Shown here piece by piece: positions 13,297 to 25,349 of a stretch of 64,000 nt of DNA. The notes beneath the pieces are model-generated. The model searched no databases. It saw only the letters and a list, made by a program, of their open reading frames with translations, and was not told where the DNA came from. The stretch is taken from the NCBI GenBank assembly GCA_000708835.1, contig DF237468.1:1-64000 (forward strand), given 5' to 3'. This DNA comes from Klebsormidium nitens (Eukaryota > Plantae > Klebsormidiophyceae). The translations under genes and the position numbers were made by a program. Each line of letters begins with the position of its first letter. The first letter of the stretch is position 1.

Positions 13297-15146
13297 CTAG
13301 CTAGTCGGTTTCTGTGCCGCCCACTTCCTTGCCTCTAACGCCAAGCACGTGCACGCTTGAGAAATCACATAGCTGATGGAGGCGACGGGAAGGCTAAGGT
13401 ACATATGGCGCAACCAGATGTCGTAGTCGCTGGTCGGGGGAAGGATGAAGTTGCACGCGACCCACGGCAAAAGTAGGAACGTTACGATACAGACTGCCCC
13501 CTTTGCATCAGCTTTCAGAAACCAGTACTGCATTCTCATTGCAGCTCCGTCGTGAAAGTCTCAGTCGAGGGGCGGCTTCGTTTGATCAGATCTGGACAGA
13601 TGAATGCGCGTGAGATGAGTAGAACAGTCAGGCCAACACTGATGGGATTCCGTCGAAGTTTCGACAGTCGCGATCGGAAACGACGTTCCACATACGCTAT
13701 CAGACAGATAAGGTATAGTGCGGGACACATTGCTTTCTAAGAGTGCGGTGCTAAAACATCAAAGGAGGACTCAGTGCAGATTCTCGGCTAGGAAACCACC
13801 TGTTCTTCAGAGACGTGTTTGATATCAGAGGAAGTCCCAATGACGAACCGCAATCCGCAAATGAGCGCTCATCCTTCGTGTGGCAATTAACATCCAAAGA
13901 GTACACGTACACAGAGTGAGTCAAAAGTAACTCGTTGAAATACACCTTGACTTTTGGGAGATCGTACGGGCGGCAAAGCCTTATCGGCAGACCTAACACG
14001 AGGAAGCGACCGGACTTGGTTGGGAGTTCGATCCGATCGCTTTCAAATCTCATTTCAAGAGAATCCAGTAAAAGGGAAGGGAGGGACATGGCAAGTTAAT
14101 GTGAAGACCCGTTTGACTCATAATGATGAAGACGCAGACAAAACAGCAAAACGAGTAGTGTCCTCTGGACTCACGGCAATGCCTTCCGGAGTTCGCAGCA
14201 CTCCTGGACCGCTGACACCAGCTCAGACACGTCGTCAGTACAGCGGCGGAACGGCATGTAAACCCCAGCCCAGGCCGGCGTGATGGCGTACAAATCGAGC
14301 AGCTCGATGTCGCCTTTGATGAACAGGTTGTTCGTGAGCGCGTAGACGTCAAGCGGCGCCCCGCTCGCGCGCGCGTCGGGGGCCCAGTGCGCCCAGGCGG
14401 TCAAGAGAGTGAGCGCGCACACGCCCAGGAGCGGCGTCTCGATCAGCAGCTTGGTGGCGTACAGCGCGCGCTTCTTCCTCGCGGCTAAGAGGTTTACGGT
14501 GACGTCACTCCTGAAGGAGCGGCTAAGAACAATTGTTAGAGATATCTCTTCAACGCAACGCGAGACACTGCTGTTTCAGTAGTTGAGTTTCAGGACTTGA
14601 GATCCAGAGTTCGGCCAAAACTTGCTCTAAGGTTCAAAGACAAGAGGAAGGGTCTAAGTATCTGGTGACAGAATGACCTTCAAATGACATGCAGGCTGCA
14701 CATCGAAGTGTTATGTATACTCAGCTCTCAAGATGCGGAGATTTGAGGTCTTCCGTTTGATTGTCAGATAGCCCCTGGCCACCGTGATAACGCGGCTTAC
14801 GAGCATTGTTCTGCTCAGAAAAGCTACACACACGCGTGGACACTTTAGAATCCCCTCTTTGGTTTACCAAACTCCGTTACCTTTCGTGATTAAACACCAT
14901 GCTGGTCTGAAAGATTCTGAAGATTGAACTTAAAAAAACACTTCGCCTGCAAAAAGTAAGTGAGCAACACAACTCCAGTCACCTGTCATCATCGTCCTCC
15001 TCGTCCGAACTGAAGCACATCAGAACTCCGGGTCTGCGTCTCCTCTGCCTGTCAAGGCCCTTGGAACCAACGCAGAAGGACGAAGACAAAAGACTTCTCT
15101 TCGCCAATCTCGTCTTCTCATGATAAGGCTGGAGTCCACAAATACC
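13297..15146 (-). pseudogene. Unknown membrane-protein family, copy A (exons 15146-14983, 14510-14175, 13591-13297), premature stop
   Basis: Same three exons and phases as copies B-D (KKRALYATKLLIETP, AHW, PPTSDYD, CTCLALEARKWA). In-frame TGA at 13563-13561 replaces the Trp of the conserved LDWD motif. Confidence 0.75.
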
Positions 15147-16320
15147 CTGCTCGACAAGGGGAAAAGTGGTCTCTTTGATTGCAATTCACTGCAACAGATT
15201 CGCTTCGAGAGTCTGAACTGCTAGGATTGGTTGGTAGGATATGTAAGTATCTGATTGGCACCTTGTTAAATCGTCTAAGATCCGTGTGGAGCAAGATGAA
15301 TTTATTCTAAAATGTAGGACGCACGTGATGCGAAGCTAAGGTCAATAGTACTTGCTCTTGATGCAGATTGCAGACTGCAGAATGCGGTTCACAGTAGCTT
15401 TTGGAGGACCTGGACCGCTGCTTCTGCCATTAATCCCGCACAAGCTTAGAAGTGGCTTCTAGTGGTGGACAGACAATATATATAAGTATCTGTGCGCTTC
15501 TCATCAAATCTCTGATGAATTCCGGTATTAGCAATTACATCCTTCTGCTGTTTGAAGTCACTATCTGCAAAAGCTTGGTTCTGAATCATCTTTCAACAAG
15601 TGAAGGCCTTGTTTGCAGATTTCCAATATCTTCGAGAGAGAAGCCACCCAAACAGCTCATTCAAAAACCAGAATCGGCCACAAATCGGCTGTCGATCTTG
15701 CTCTGCTAGCATGCTTCTTTGCTGGTTGAAGCATGCAGGCGTGGATATACAGGCTGAAAGCACACAGAATGCCTATCCAAATTGTCAAATGTGCCACCAG
15801 ATTTGTTCAGAGGTTCCATCGCGAAGAAATGCATGGCGAGAAAATACTCACCAGGGAATTGAATTCCTCATTCAAAGACCTCATCCGGGGTCCCAAGCTG
15901 ATTACAGAGCAAGAAGGTGAGAAGACAGTGGAGACCCTTGCCATGCTTTTGCAGGACCGAAACCAAGCTTCGAGCTGACCGCTCTCCGTCAAAACATCAT
16001 GTCTGATTCTTGCCAAAGCACCGCCCTGGCTTACGAAAAAGATGATTGCAAAAAGGGCTCTGAGTTGCCTCAGTTTTTGATCAGCATATTCTCCTGACCC
16101 CACCACCTTAGAGCAGAACTGTCACAATATGACTCCATGCGGTCAGGCAGTCTACCCCTTTTACATCAAGTCTGTTTAAGCATCTGCTTTGTACACAGGA
16201 GCTGAGACTCTGCATGAGCAGGAGTCTACTGTGCGTGTCCTCTTAGCGCATCTGCACAAGTTCCTTCGCGCAAGGCAACCAGGTTCTCTTCTTCGGCTCA
16301 TCATCTGTAGATTTATGTAA

Positions 16321-16391
16321 ACAGGGCCTGTCTTGGGCGCTTGGCGGAGTGTCGAGCGCTGCGGCCGCGCTGGTCAGAGCGCGCGCGACGA
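16321..16391 (+). repeat. Decayed copy of part of kinesin exon 5
   Basis: ACAGGGCCTGTCT...GGCGGAGTGTCGAGCGCTGCGGCCGCGCTGGTCAGAGCGCGCGCGACGA matches 9086-9204 (ACAGGGCCTCTCT...GGCGGGGTGTCGAGCGTCGCGGCCGCGCTGATCAAAGCGCGCGCGACGA) with an internal deletion. Confidence 0.75.
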
Positions 16392-17528
16392 TCAGATTTC
16401 CCCCTCCCTCTTATGTAGACTTCGGTCGAATTGGCGACCAAATGGGAAAGAGGTCCTTGTGTTGATACATAAGGAGCTTTGCCGTGCGCAACTGCAAAGG
16501 CGCTCAAAAGTCACACAAAATACAAGTCTCCTTTAATGATGGATCTCAATCACTACAGATAATGTAGGGAATTGTATGGCGGTATGGTCAGTGACGCTCT
16601 CGAAGTCGACCTGTGAAAGTTGCGCTTCCAAGGGGGGCCGTCAGAAGAAGAGGCAGCTGAATCTCTGAACCGAGGATCAAGTAACTCACGAAGCAATCTT
16701 TTCCATGTTTGATGATCAAACAGATCTGCGAGAAACATTGACAGGGTAGTTCAGTCAAAAGGCCTCTTGGAGCTTGTTCCAAGCGCGGCAAAAGCATGGC
16801 CAGCGTCTCTGGATTCATTTCTACTTCTTGCTCTGTGATCAGCTTGGGGCTTCGGACAAGGTCTCGAAGGAAGAATATTGAGTTCCTGGTGAGTCTTCCT
16901 TCTTGCCATGCAATCTTTCCAACCAAGTCTTTCAAAGATCTCGGTGGTACTCTTTGTGCTGAGAGAATTGTTGATCAAAGAGAGCCTGTGTGATCATTCT
17001 TCACAGCATTTGGATCAGCATGCTTCGAGAGCTTAGAACACGATGAGCGAAATCAGATTTTGTAGCAATCTGAGTGGGAACCTGATTCCAATTGTCATCG
17101 GGGTTAGTCAAATAATCTGCTCGAAGGCCGAGGTCTGGCTTTCCTCAAACGATGAGTAAAACATCGTAGAACCCTATGGTATGCAAGAATAGCTTTCAAA
17201 TGCATCTTTGGAGGAGGATTTTGCAGAAACTATGTTTAAACATGAGAAGAGCCATGAGTTTTGTTCTGACAACTGAGAGCAGAAAATTAATGAGATGCAC
17301 TCGCTTGTCCAGTCGCACTGGCAGTAAATCTGGCCATTCTGTTGGAGGTCATGGCAAATGAAGAAGCGATGTAGAGCCGTTGGAGATCGTCACAGACTTC
17401 ATTCGCTACCAAAAGCAAGCTTGTCAAAAAGTCCTCAGCTTAGCAGCACATATGGTTTTTGTTCTACGACGAACCTCATGAAAACTGAGAGGGTTATCGA
17501 GTTATGAACATATCCCCTGTTCCACCTT

Positions 17529-19440
17529 ATGATGCTTACTAGCATTTCAGAGACTTTCGAGACATCTGTGGGTTCACTGGTACAATCATCAGACTTAACA
17601 CGCGTTCTTGAGCAGGGTATCCATGGTCCCCAGCCTTATGGGTCAGCATCAGGGTTGGCGAAGAGGAACCGTTTGTCTTCATCCTTCTGCGTCGATTCAA
17701 AAGGTATTGTCAAACAGCGGAGACATCGATCCGGACTGGTGCTGTGCTCCCGCAGGTGAGTACGACCTTTTCGTGTCACTGCATATCATGCTTGACGAAA
17801 GATCTCTGTCTTAATCATTCTTCCATAGTCTCAGATTGGCCACATTTGGTTGATCACTGTTGGGATACTGTATCCTAGGAGGAAGTTTGGTTTGTTTTCG
17901 CCCGTGCGTTTGAGCAGCACGGTGCTCCTAAGACTCATACAGGGGGCCAGGGGCAGCATAAAACTCGAGAGAGTCCACCACTCTGCTGCCTCTAGACAGC
18001 ACCTACGAAGCTTGGAGTCGCACAGGTTCTTTGAATATCTTCAACAACTCTTCAAGAGTGGATGTCCTTTCAACACTTGGTCATACGATGCGGCTTGCTA
18101 TGATTCAATCGCTTTTCAAGCACTCTTCTCTCCGCGCGCGCAGTTGATCCCTCTGATCCCGTAACCTGCCGCTCCTTTCCCAGAGGTTACGAAGTCGCCA
18201 TCAAGCTGTTAGCCGCCAAGAAGAAGCGCGCGCTGTACGCCACCAAGCTGCTGATTGAGACGCCGCTCATGGGCCTGTGCGCGCTCACTCTCGTGACCGT
18301 CTGGGCGCACTGGGGCCCCGCCGCGCGCGCGACCGGAGCGCCAATCGACGTTTACGCGCTCACGACCGACTTGCTCATCAGGGGCGACATAGAGCAGCAC
18401 GAATTGTACGCCATCATACCCGCTTGGACTGGGGTTCTCGTGCTGTTTAGCCGCTGCATTGAAGATCTGTGTGAGCTGGGAATAGCGGCCAGGAAGTGCT
18501 GCAAGCTCCGCAAGAAGTTGCCGTGAGTCCCACAACCTCTTTTACGCATGCAGTTTGCCTCGAGTACCTCTCGTGAGCCTCTTAAGGTGCGAACTAAGAT
18601 TTGATTCGTGTTGCGTCGGCTGTTTTACAATTTATCTGTAAATTTCTTCGAAGATGAAACAATGCGCTGTCGGGTCCAACGTCCGTTCACTTCCCTGTAT
18701 GCCTTGTGAACCAACGGAGGTACATCTGAAACCCTAAATAATTTGTCCATTTTGACTTCAATCATTTCTCTGGTCGAAAGCGACGTATTAATTTTCTGCC
18801 TTTTCCACAAACAAAACCCATGTCTTCTTCTGCAAGATGACGACGTCTGCTTCAATCTTTAATGCATATAGCCATCTAATCAAGGATATCCTTTGAAATC
18901 ATCAGGGCACTCATTTGAAGCGTTTGCGGCTCTCCGAAGGAAAAGGAGGTTTGCAGCAATTTGTTTGGTAACCAAAATAGCACTTGTGAACAGCAAGGGT
19001 CTTGGTTGATCTCTCCTTCTGTAGTAAAAGCGGTCCTTCCGTTAAAGTGTTTAAAAAGTTCCAAGAAGACCCGTCAAATCATCTCCATTTGCAACTTCAG
19101 AAAGAAAGACTTTGCTCAACTCGGATGCCTTCATCGCCCCAGGTCTGAAATCACGGAGCCGACCCTCGACTGGGATTCGGACGATGAGATGAACCTCGAA
19201 CTGGAACGAGGGGTTCTGCAACCTTTCGCAACGGACGCAGTCAAGGTCGAAGCCTTCTTACTTTCGACGTGGGCTGCGTGGAACTTCATCTTTCCTCCAA
19301 CCAGCGACTACGACATCTGCTGTAGCAATGTGTACCTGTGTAGCCTTCCCGTCGCTTTGATCAGCTACGTGGTCCAGGAAGCTTGCACAAGTTTAGCGTT
19401 GGTGGAGACGAAGAGGGCAGCACAGGATCAGGCAACCTAA
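17529..19440 (+). CDS. Unknown membrane-protein family, copy B (exons 17529 or 17616-17755, 18184-18522, 19143-19440); 287 aa if started at ATG 17529
   Basis: Open spliced frame with CAG/GTGAGT junctions (phases 2,2). Ser/Arg-rich N-terminal part, hydrophobic segments, acidic LDWDSDDE linker. The true 5' end is uncertain because a shared acceptor lies at 17615. Confidence 0.7.
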
Positions 19441-19925
19441 AGCTCGCAATGTCTTGCATCTTGCGGGCAGTCATATAGCTCGAAGAGTTTTAAGTTGAGG
19501 TTAGAGGCGGACACAGCGAGCAGAACGGACTTGCACTTGAGATCTTTGACTTCATTTAGCGTCACCCCTTTATTGCAAAGGACCTGGATCTGTGCGTTAG
19601 CATTTGCAGACAGCGAGAAGGAGCAGACTGCTGATTTACATGAGGACTTAAGCATCTGGATTGCGAATAAACTTAAAACAGAGCGGCATGCTTTCTGTGA
19701 TGTAACAATTATTGTAGTCCGATGCACCCTGAATCAACATGGCGTGATTGGCGGTATGGTTGACTGCAAGCCCCTTCCGCCCCGTTACGTTGGTATGCAT
19801 AATAAGTTGGGGATGCAAAAGCCTTAATGTCCACTTCTTTGTAGCGCACCTGCATAAATTCCTTTGCGCGAAGCTCATTTGTAAGAGACGTAATATAAGA
19901 GGACCAAGCAGAACCTCTCGCCAAT

Positions 19926-20107
19926 GCGGTCAAAAGTCCGACCGGAACGGAATGGAACGGAACGGAACGGAGCGAAGAGGGGAGTGGAAAAGGCGCGGCG
20001 CGGCAGGTATCGAACATTGCGGCCGCGCGCGCGCGACAAGCCCAATCGTAAAAGGGGCCACTCCCGAGGAGGCCGCGCGCGCGTCCGCTCAGGTCCTGAG
20101 CCTGAGC
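19926..20107 (+). repeat. Second decayed copy of kinesin exon 5 segment (source ~9060-9302), containing a (GGAAC)n expansion
   Basis: Collinear matches: GTCAAAAG, AGTCCGACCGGAAC, GGAAAAGGCG, GCGGCCGCGC, AAAGGGGC, TCCCGA, GCTCAGG..TGAGCCTG, with deletions between GC runs. Confidence 0.85.
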
Positions 20108-21398
20108 GGGGCGCAATGAATCCTTTGAGAACTGAGTGAGAGTGTTTGAGTCTCCAGCTTGAAGCGGAGCTGCTTGCTCAATCGACCTCCCGCACAAGTT
20201 TCTTCCACAGTGCAGAGCTGAGAGGCACACATGCAGGCGAACACTTTGCGCTCGAGCTTTTCTGCTGCTGATCCCTACCGTCAGATGCATATGCTCTTCC
20301 CTGCCAGGATTTGAGAGACTTTCAGCGGTGGCAAACGTTTTCGAGACTGCTACAGTGCTCAAGTAGTTAGAAAAGGAGAAGGCGTACGCGTCCGCGTCCT
20401 ATTGGATGGAGCGTCGCGGAAGTTTTACATCTTATGGAACATCATCAATCGCAGTCGGTTTGGCCGAAGCCAATAACCATGCAAACAAACAAGGTTATCT
20501 TCTTTAACCGTACGCAAACACAACGTGGTTCAAGGCGCGCTTACCATGTTCACGGTAGCGCCTCTGAACACTCTCAGAAGGAGTTAACCGCTCTCAGCTT
20601 AGTAGTATTTAGCCGTCATCCATGCATGCTTACCTCGCATACGGTGAATAGAAGTAGCGAAAGCAGGACAAACTTACAGCAGCCAGCAGGTCAGGACAAA
20701 GTGTTTGCCTAACCGATTAGCGTGAGCTAGATTCGATTTGATCGATGATCCCGCTAGGTGGTGCACCTGCGGCTATGAAATCAGATTTCAACCAGGTCTC
20801 GACGTGTCCGGGCCATCTGTAGTATGGGAAGAGTCGTCTTTTCCAGCTGCACAAGCAATACTGCTTCAAAGTCAAACATCATCCAAGCATACGTTGCTCT
20901 GTTCTTGAGTCGCTGGTAGATAGAAGGCCAGATGCCAATGATGTAGGGGATACATGCAAGTGAGGAGGCAACGTCGCTGGGAATTCCATCATTTCTGTTG
21001 GACCCGCCTGAGGAAATTGACTAGAATACATGCGTCCATTACACGCTAAGCTACTTTGGGTAGCCGTGCTTTCAATCAATCATCCTTGCAAGGATGAGGT
21101 GGTAGATTTGGCAGAGACTCTCTCTCTCGACCATCATGATAGATATGCATCAGCGGGCGGCGTTGCAGCAAGGACGATGCGGCAATCAAAGAGTCTCTTG
21201 ATTCGCGTCCTATGCAATGCGAAGATTTCCAACGTGGATCGATCCGCTATCATTTCTGATCGAGAAGCAGTAAGGAAACATAGAGACAGTACTTCATATT
21301 TGGAGCAGGCCTAATAACCCCTGGTTTAGCCTCTACTCAAAACCAAACAAAAAGCAGCTTGATCCAAAATCCTGCCAAGGACGGTGACTTGAAGGCTC

Positions 21399-23048
21399 TT
21401 AACTGCCCCACTTCCGAACCGCCCACTTTCTTCCCTCCAGAGCTAGGCACGTGCACATGCCGAACATAAATTCTCCAACAAAGTAGACGGACAAGCTGAG
21501 GAAAAGGGCGTGGCCCCACAGTTTGTCATCGGAAGGGTTGGGAGAGACGCGATTCGACACTGCCAGCCCCGTGAACAGTATGAACCCAAAGGCAAGTCCC
21601 CACAGAAAGTCCTGCTTCACAAGCTCGTGTTGTTCCGCGAGAGATGCCTCGTCCTCCGAGTCCCACCCGAGGTGCGGCCCCGCCTCATCGGATCTGTATG
21701 AGAAAAGCGCCGAAAGAATGATGCGGAGATCTGCTACCAGAAAGTCTGAAATATTAAGCACACGGAAATCCTTCTCGTTCAAATTGTGAGCGATAAATTC
21801 TGCTTAATTTTGTAAGAAGCCAAGAAAGCGGTCCCCTACACAATGAAGAGCTAAAATTTCAGACGCAGCTGCAAAGAGAAGAGGCCTGCACCAAGCAAAC
21901 CCGACCAGGTTTGAGGAATACGGCATACAGCAATGCGTCTGAGGTATTCTTCTGTAAAAGTGGCGAAATCGAAGGGGGACATGCAGAACCCTTGGTTCCA
22001 ATCCAGCACTTCAGAAATTCAATCTAGCATCCATGGTCTTCTATGCGATCATCTAGCAGTTTTGCTCATGCTTATGACTTTTGTAAATTTCTGATACCAC
22101 GGTACATCATCTCGCAAAGAGCGTTTCTGTAGTGGCAGGCCTCCATCCAGTGCCATGACCTGAAAGCATTCCAGATACATGGCGTTATCCTCTAAAAAAA
22201 GCCAGGAATGCGGGCAATCTCACAGACAAGACCACAACTGCTTCGGTACTTACGGAAGGGCCCTGTACAGCTTGAAGCAGTCTCTGGCCGCCCTCTCGAG
22301 CTTGACCATGTCTCCCCAGCAGAGCTTGAAGAGTTCGCCTCCCGCAAACCAAGCGAACAAGAGCGCGTAAAGGACGTCCTCGGGCTCCGCGCTCGCGCGC
22401 ACGCAGTCGCCCCAGTGCGCCCACGCGTTGAGCGCGCACAGCCCCACGAGCGGCAACTCGATCAGCAACTTGGTAGCGTAGAGCGCGCGCGTCTTCTTTG
22501 CCGCCAGCAGCTCCAGGGCGAGGGGACTGCGGGGAAAGAGAGGAAGATTGAGTGCGCAGTCTTAGCTTCGGCTCCGTGAGACTTACGACGTGTCTTTGGA
22601 GCGAAGTTGAGAGTGCTTGATACATTTGCTTCGAATGAACAGATCCCACAGAAAGCAGCCACATTTTGAAAGCAAAGCAAGCCAAGCGACTATGAAGAAC
22701 ACGCTATAAAAGAAGATCGGTGCATAATGTTTCGATCGAATAGGATTTTCCGGTCCAAGAAATCCTAGGTTCTGCCTAACTGCCACGCAAGCTTTTCAAC
22801 CCTTAGGCTCCTTGCAACCCTTGTCTCGAGCATCGTGAATCTGTTTCAAATGATACGCATGTGAAGCTTTGACAAGAGAACAAATGTCTTCTTTACCTGT
22901 ATTCTTTGTCTTCCTTCGTTTGCAACGAAGAGCACTTCACCACTCCAGGTCCCCATCTGCTCTGCCTGTTCAGGACCTTCGAACCATAATAGAGACCCCT
23001 CCTGACTGGTAATAGCCTTGGGTCATGGTATTTGAAGATATGGATACC
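21399..23048 (-). CDS. Unknown membrane-protein family, copy C (exons 23048-22897, 22526-22254, 21693-21399); 5' end unresolved
   Basis: Three exons open and in phase (LLAAKKTRALYATKLLIELP, AWAHWGD, LGWDSEDE, MCTCLALEGRKWA). No start codon found; upstream sequence is interrupted by stops. Confidence 0.62.
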
Positions 23049-25349
23049 CTGCAGCCAAGAAGTTGCCCTGGTAAGTTGCTTTCAAAAGAAATATTTTGGC
23101 CGAGTAGGGTCTATATCGGGGCTGAGATAATACCCTAAGGACACAACAAACCTGAACGTGGAGGAAGCTCTCTTGTGAAGTGAAGGCATCCTAGAGACTA
23201 CGTGTGGAAGTCATGCTTGGGAAAATCTTGTTAAGGATCTTTTTGAATGCAGAGGGCCTGCCAAAAAGAAGCAGACTTGAAACTTTTAGTGACTTGGATG
23301 GCGCAGAACGAACATAGATATCTCCATTTCAAGCCTGCTGTAGTCTCGAATCCCTCCATAGTTTTGGTATGCTTTCAAAACCATATCATTGTAGTTTAAA
23401 CAGCTCTAGCAAGAGATGCAACATCGGAATCAGTGGTACCTTGAATTGCTTTTAGAGTCCTCCAAAAGTAATCAGGACTCCTGTAGCAGGAGCGTGAGAA
23501 TGTGTTCCATAAAAGGAAAAACAGTCTTGAAGATGTTGAATATCAGCCTCGAGTAAATGGTTCCTTTCTGCATTAATCACAAACTGCCTAGAAGCATGCG
23601 CCAGAAACCAATTTAAGCAACCACGCTATCCTTCGCAAAAGCATGCACACTTGGACCAAAGAATAAGGACGAAATACTCACTGCAGGTCTCCTCTGAGTC
23701 CCTGATCTGCAAATCATCTGGAGTCTCAAGCTGCCAAGAGAGGCAAAACTTGTACAGCTAGTAGCAACGTTGGCCATGCTTCCTTCCTGGCAGAATACGC
23801 GTCAACCTGCGCAAATGTGACTTCGCTCAAAACCCGATCTTCTGAGCGGCGCATTCCCCTGATTGCTTACTTGCAGGGCAGGGATCTATTCGTCTGCAGC
23901 AACGGGCGGCTTATCTTAGCAGAGGCGGGCACTCAACCCAGACCAAAGTCTCCGTCTGGTCAACCTGCGCCTCTGTGAGCTATCCTTGGATTGGGCTCTT
24001 TTTCAGGAGGCGCGAAAGCAGTTCAGATGGGGCCGCGGCGCGCACTAAAGATTCAAACCCTTGGATATCGATGCAATCCTGTGCAAGCCCCTGGATCTGC
24101 TTCGTCTCCTCGTCTCTTCCTGTCGCCGGCCCGAATCTTGCACGTCCTGAAAGTACTCTACAATAGTTTTTGACCATATCCTGAATTTGGGCCAAAGAGT
24201 GAAGTCGGTCAAGACTCTGCTGACGTGGCACCCGCAAGCTGTGTACGGAAGGCGCCTCAAGTCTAGCATATAGTAGCGGTTTCCGACGGAAGATCTCTTA
24301 ATACCAAGCCAAGGTTTGCGTCAACCCCTGCCTTGGCTGACGACAAGCTAAGGAAGCACAGCATCTTTTGTACCCATGCTGGCGTACCAACTTCTTTGAG
24401 CAGTCACCAAAGTGAAAGCTTGGTTTCTGAGGAGCTCTTTGAACTACTCTTATCTTGACGCTTTTCAGAGTCCTCGTTGTGGAGAAAATCGCTGAAATCT
24501 GAGAGGTTAAACCCCTTTTAAGAACGGTGAGAACGTTTCACTAGCCATACGGGTGCCTGCGAGCCTTCCAAAACGCCGTTCCAGGTGGGAAATGATGCTG
24601 CAGTCTGGGCCAGCAGATGATAGAGATCACTATCATAGCACCATCATGAAGATGCCAAACCATCACTGACCACGCTGGCACCTGGATACTGGTGGTGTGC
24701 GCAAATTTGGACGGGCTATAAGCCGCAACAGTAGCAAGCTTCATTCTTCGTCTGTGCTCGTTAGCGCATATGTATTTTTCGTTTAGGAAGGGCCCATGTT
24801 GCAAAAGGTCGAGGAAGAGGATCCGCATGCTCTTAGAGCGCTGTTTTCATTAGAGAATTATCAGAGTTTCATCAGAATCCATACGCTGTGCGCAGCGCAT
24901 GAATTTTGCGTTCAACACCCCGAGTTCGAAGGCGACAGCCTGAACGATTCTAACCAAGATAAGAAGGAAGCTGTGGTGGGACACTCGACCACCAGCCACC
25001 AGGGCTTTATATCGCAAGTCCGCAAACCACTTTCGAATCTGGACGCACTTTCTCAACGCACTCTCCTCTTGTAAGGAGGGGTCGCGCCCGCAAGCTTAAT
25101 GTGCAATCAAACAGAGCCGTACTCAGTACGTTTCAAGGCATGATAAACAAAGACCTACAACTCTTCCTGCGTATTGCGCGTGCTCGTACTCAGAATGACA
25201 ATCAGCCAGGTTCTTAACAGAAGCTTCTTCCTTAGGGCGCCGAAGTCTGCTAATACAAACGCGCGGTTGGAGGGCAATCATCAATCGGGGTCTCGCCTTT
25301 ACTGCCTTTCCTCTACCTCCGCACGTTTAGGGCCAAGACCGAATCCTCG

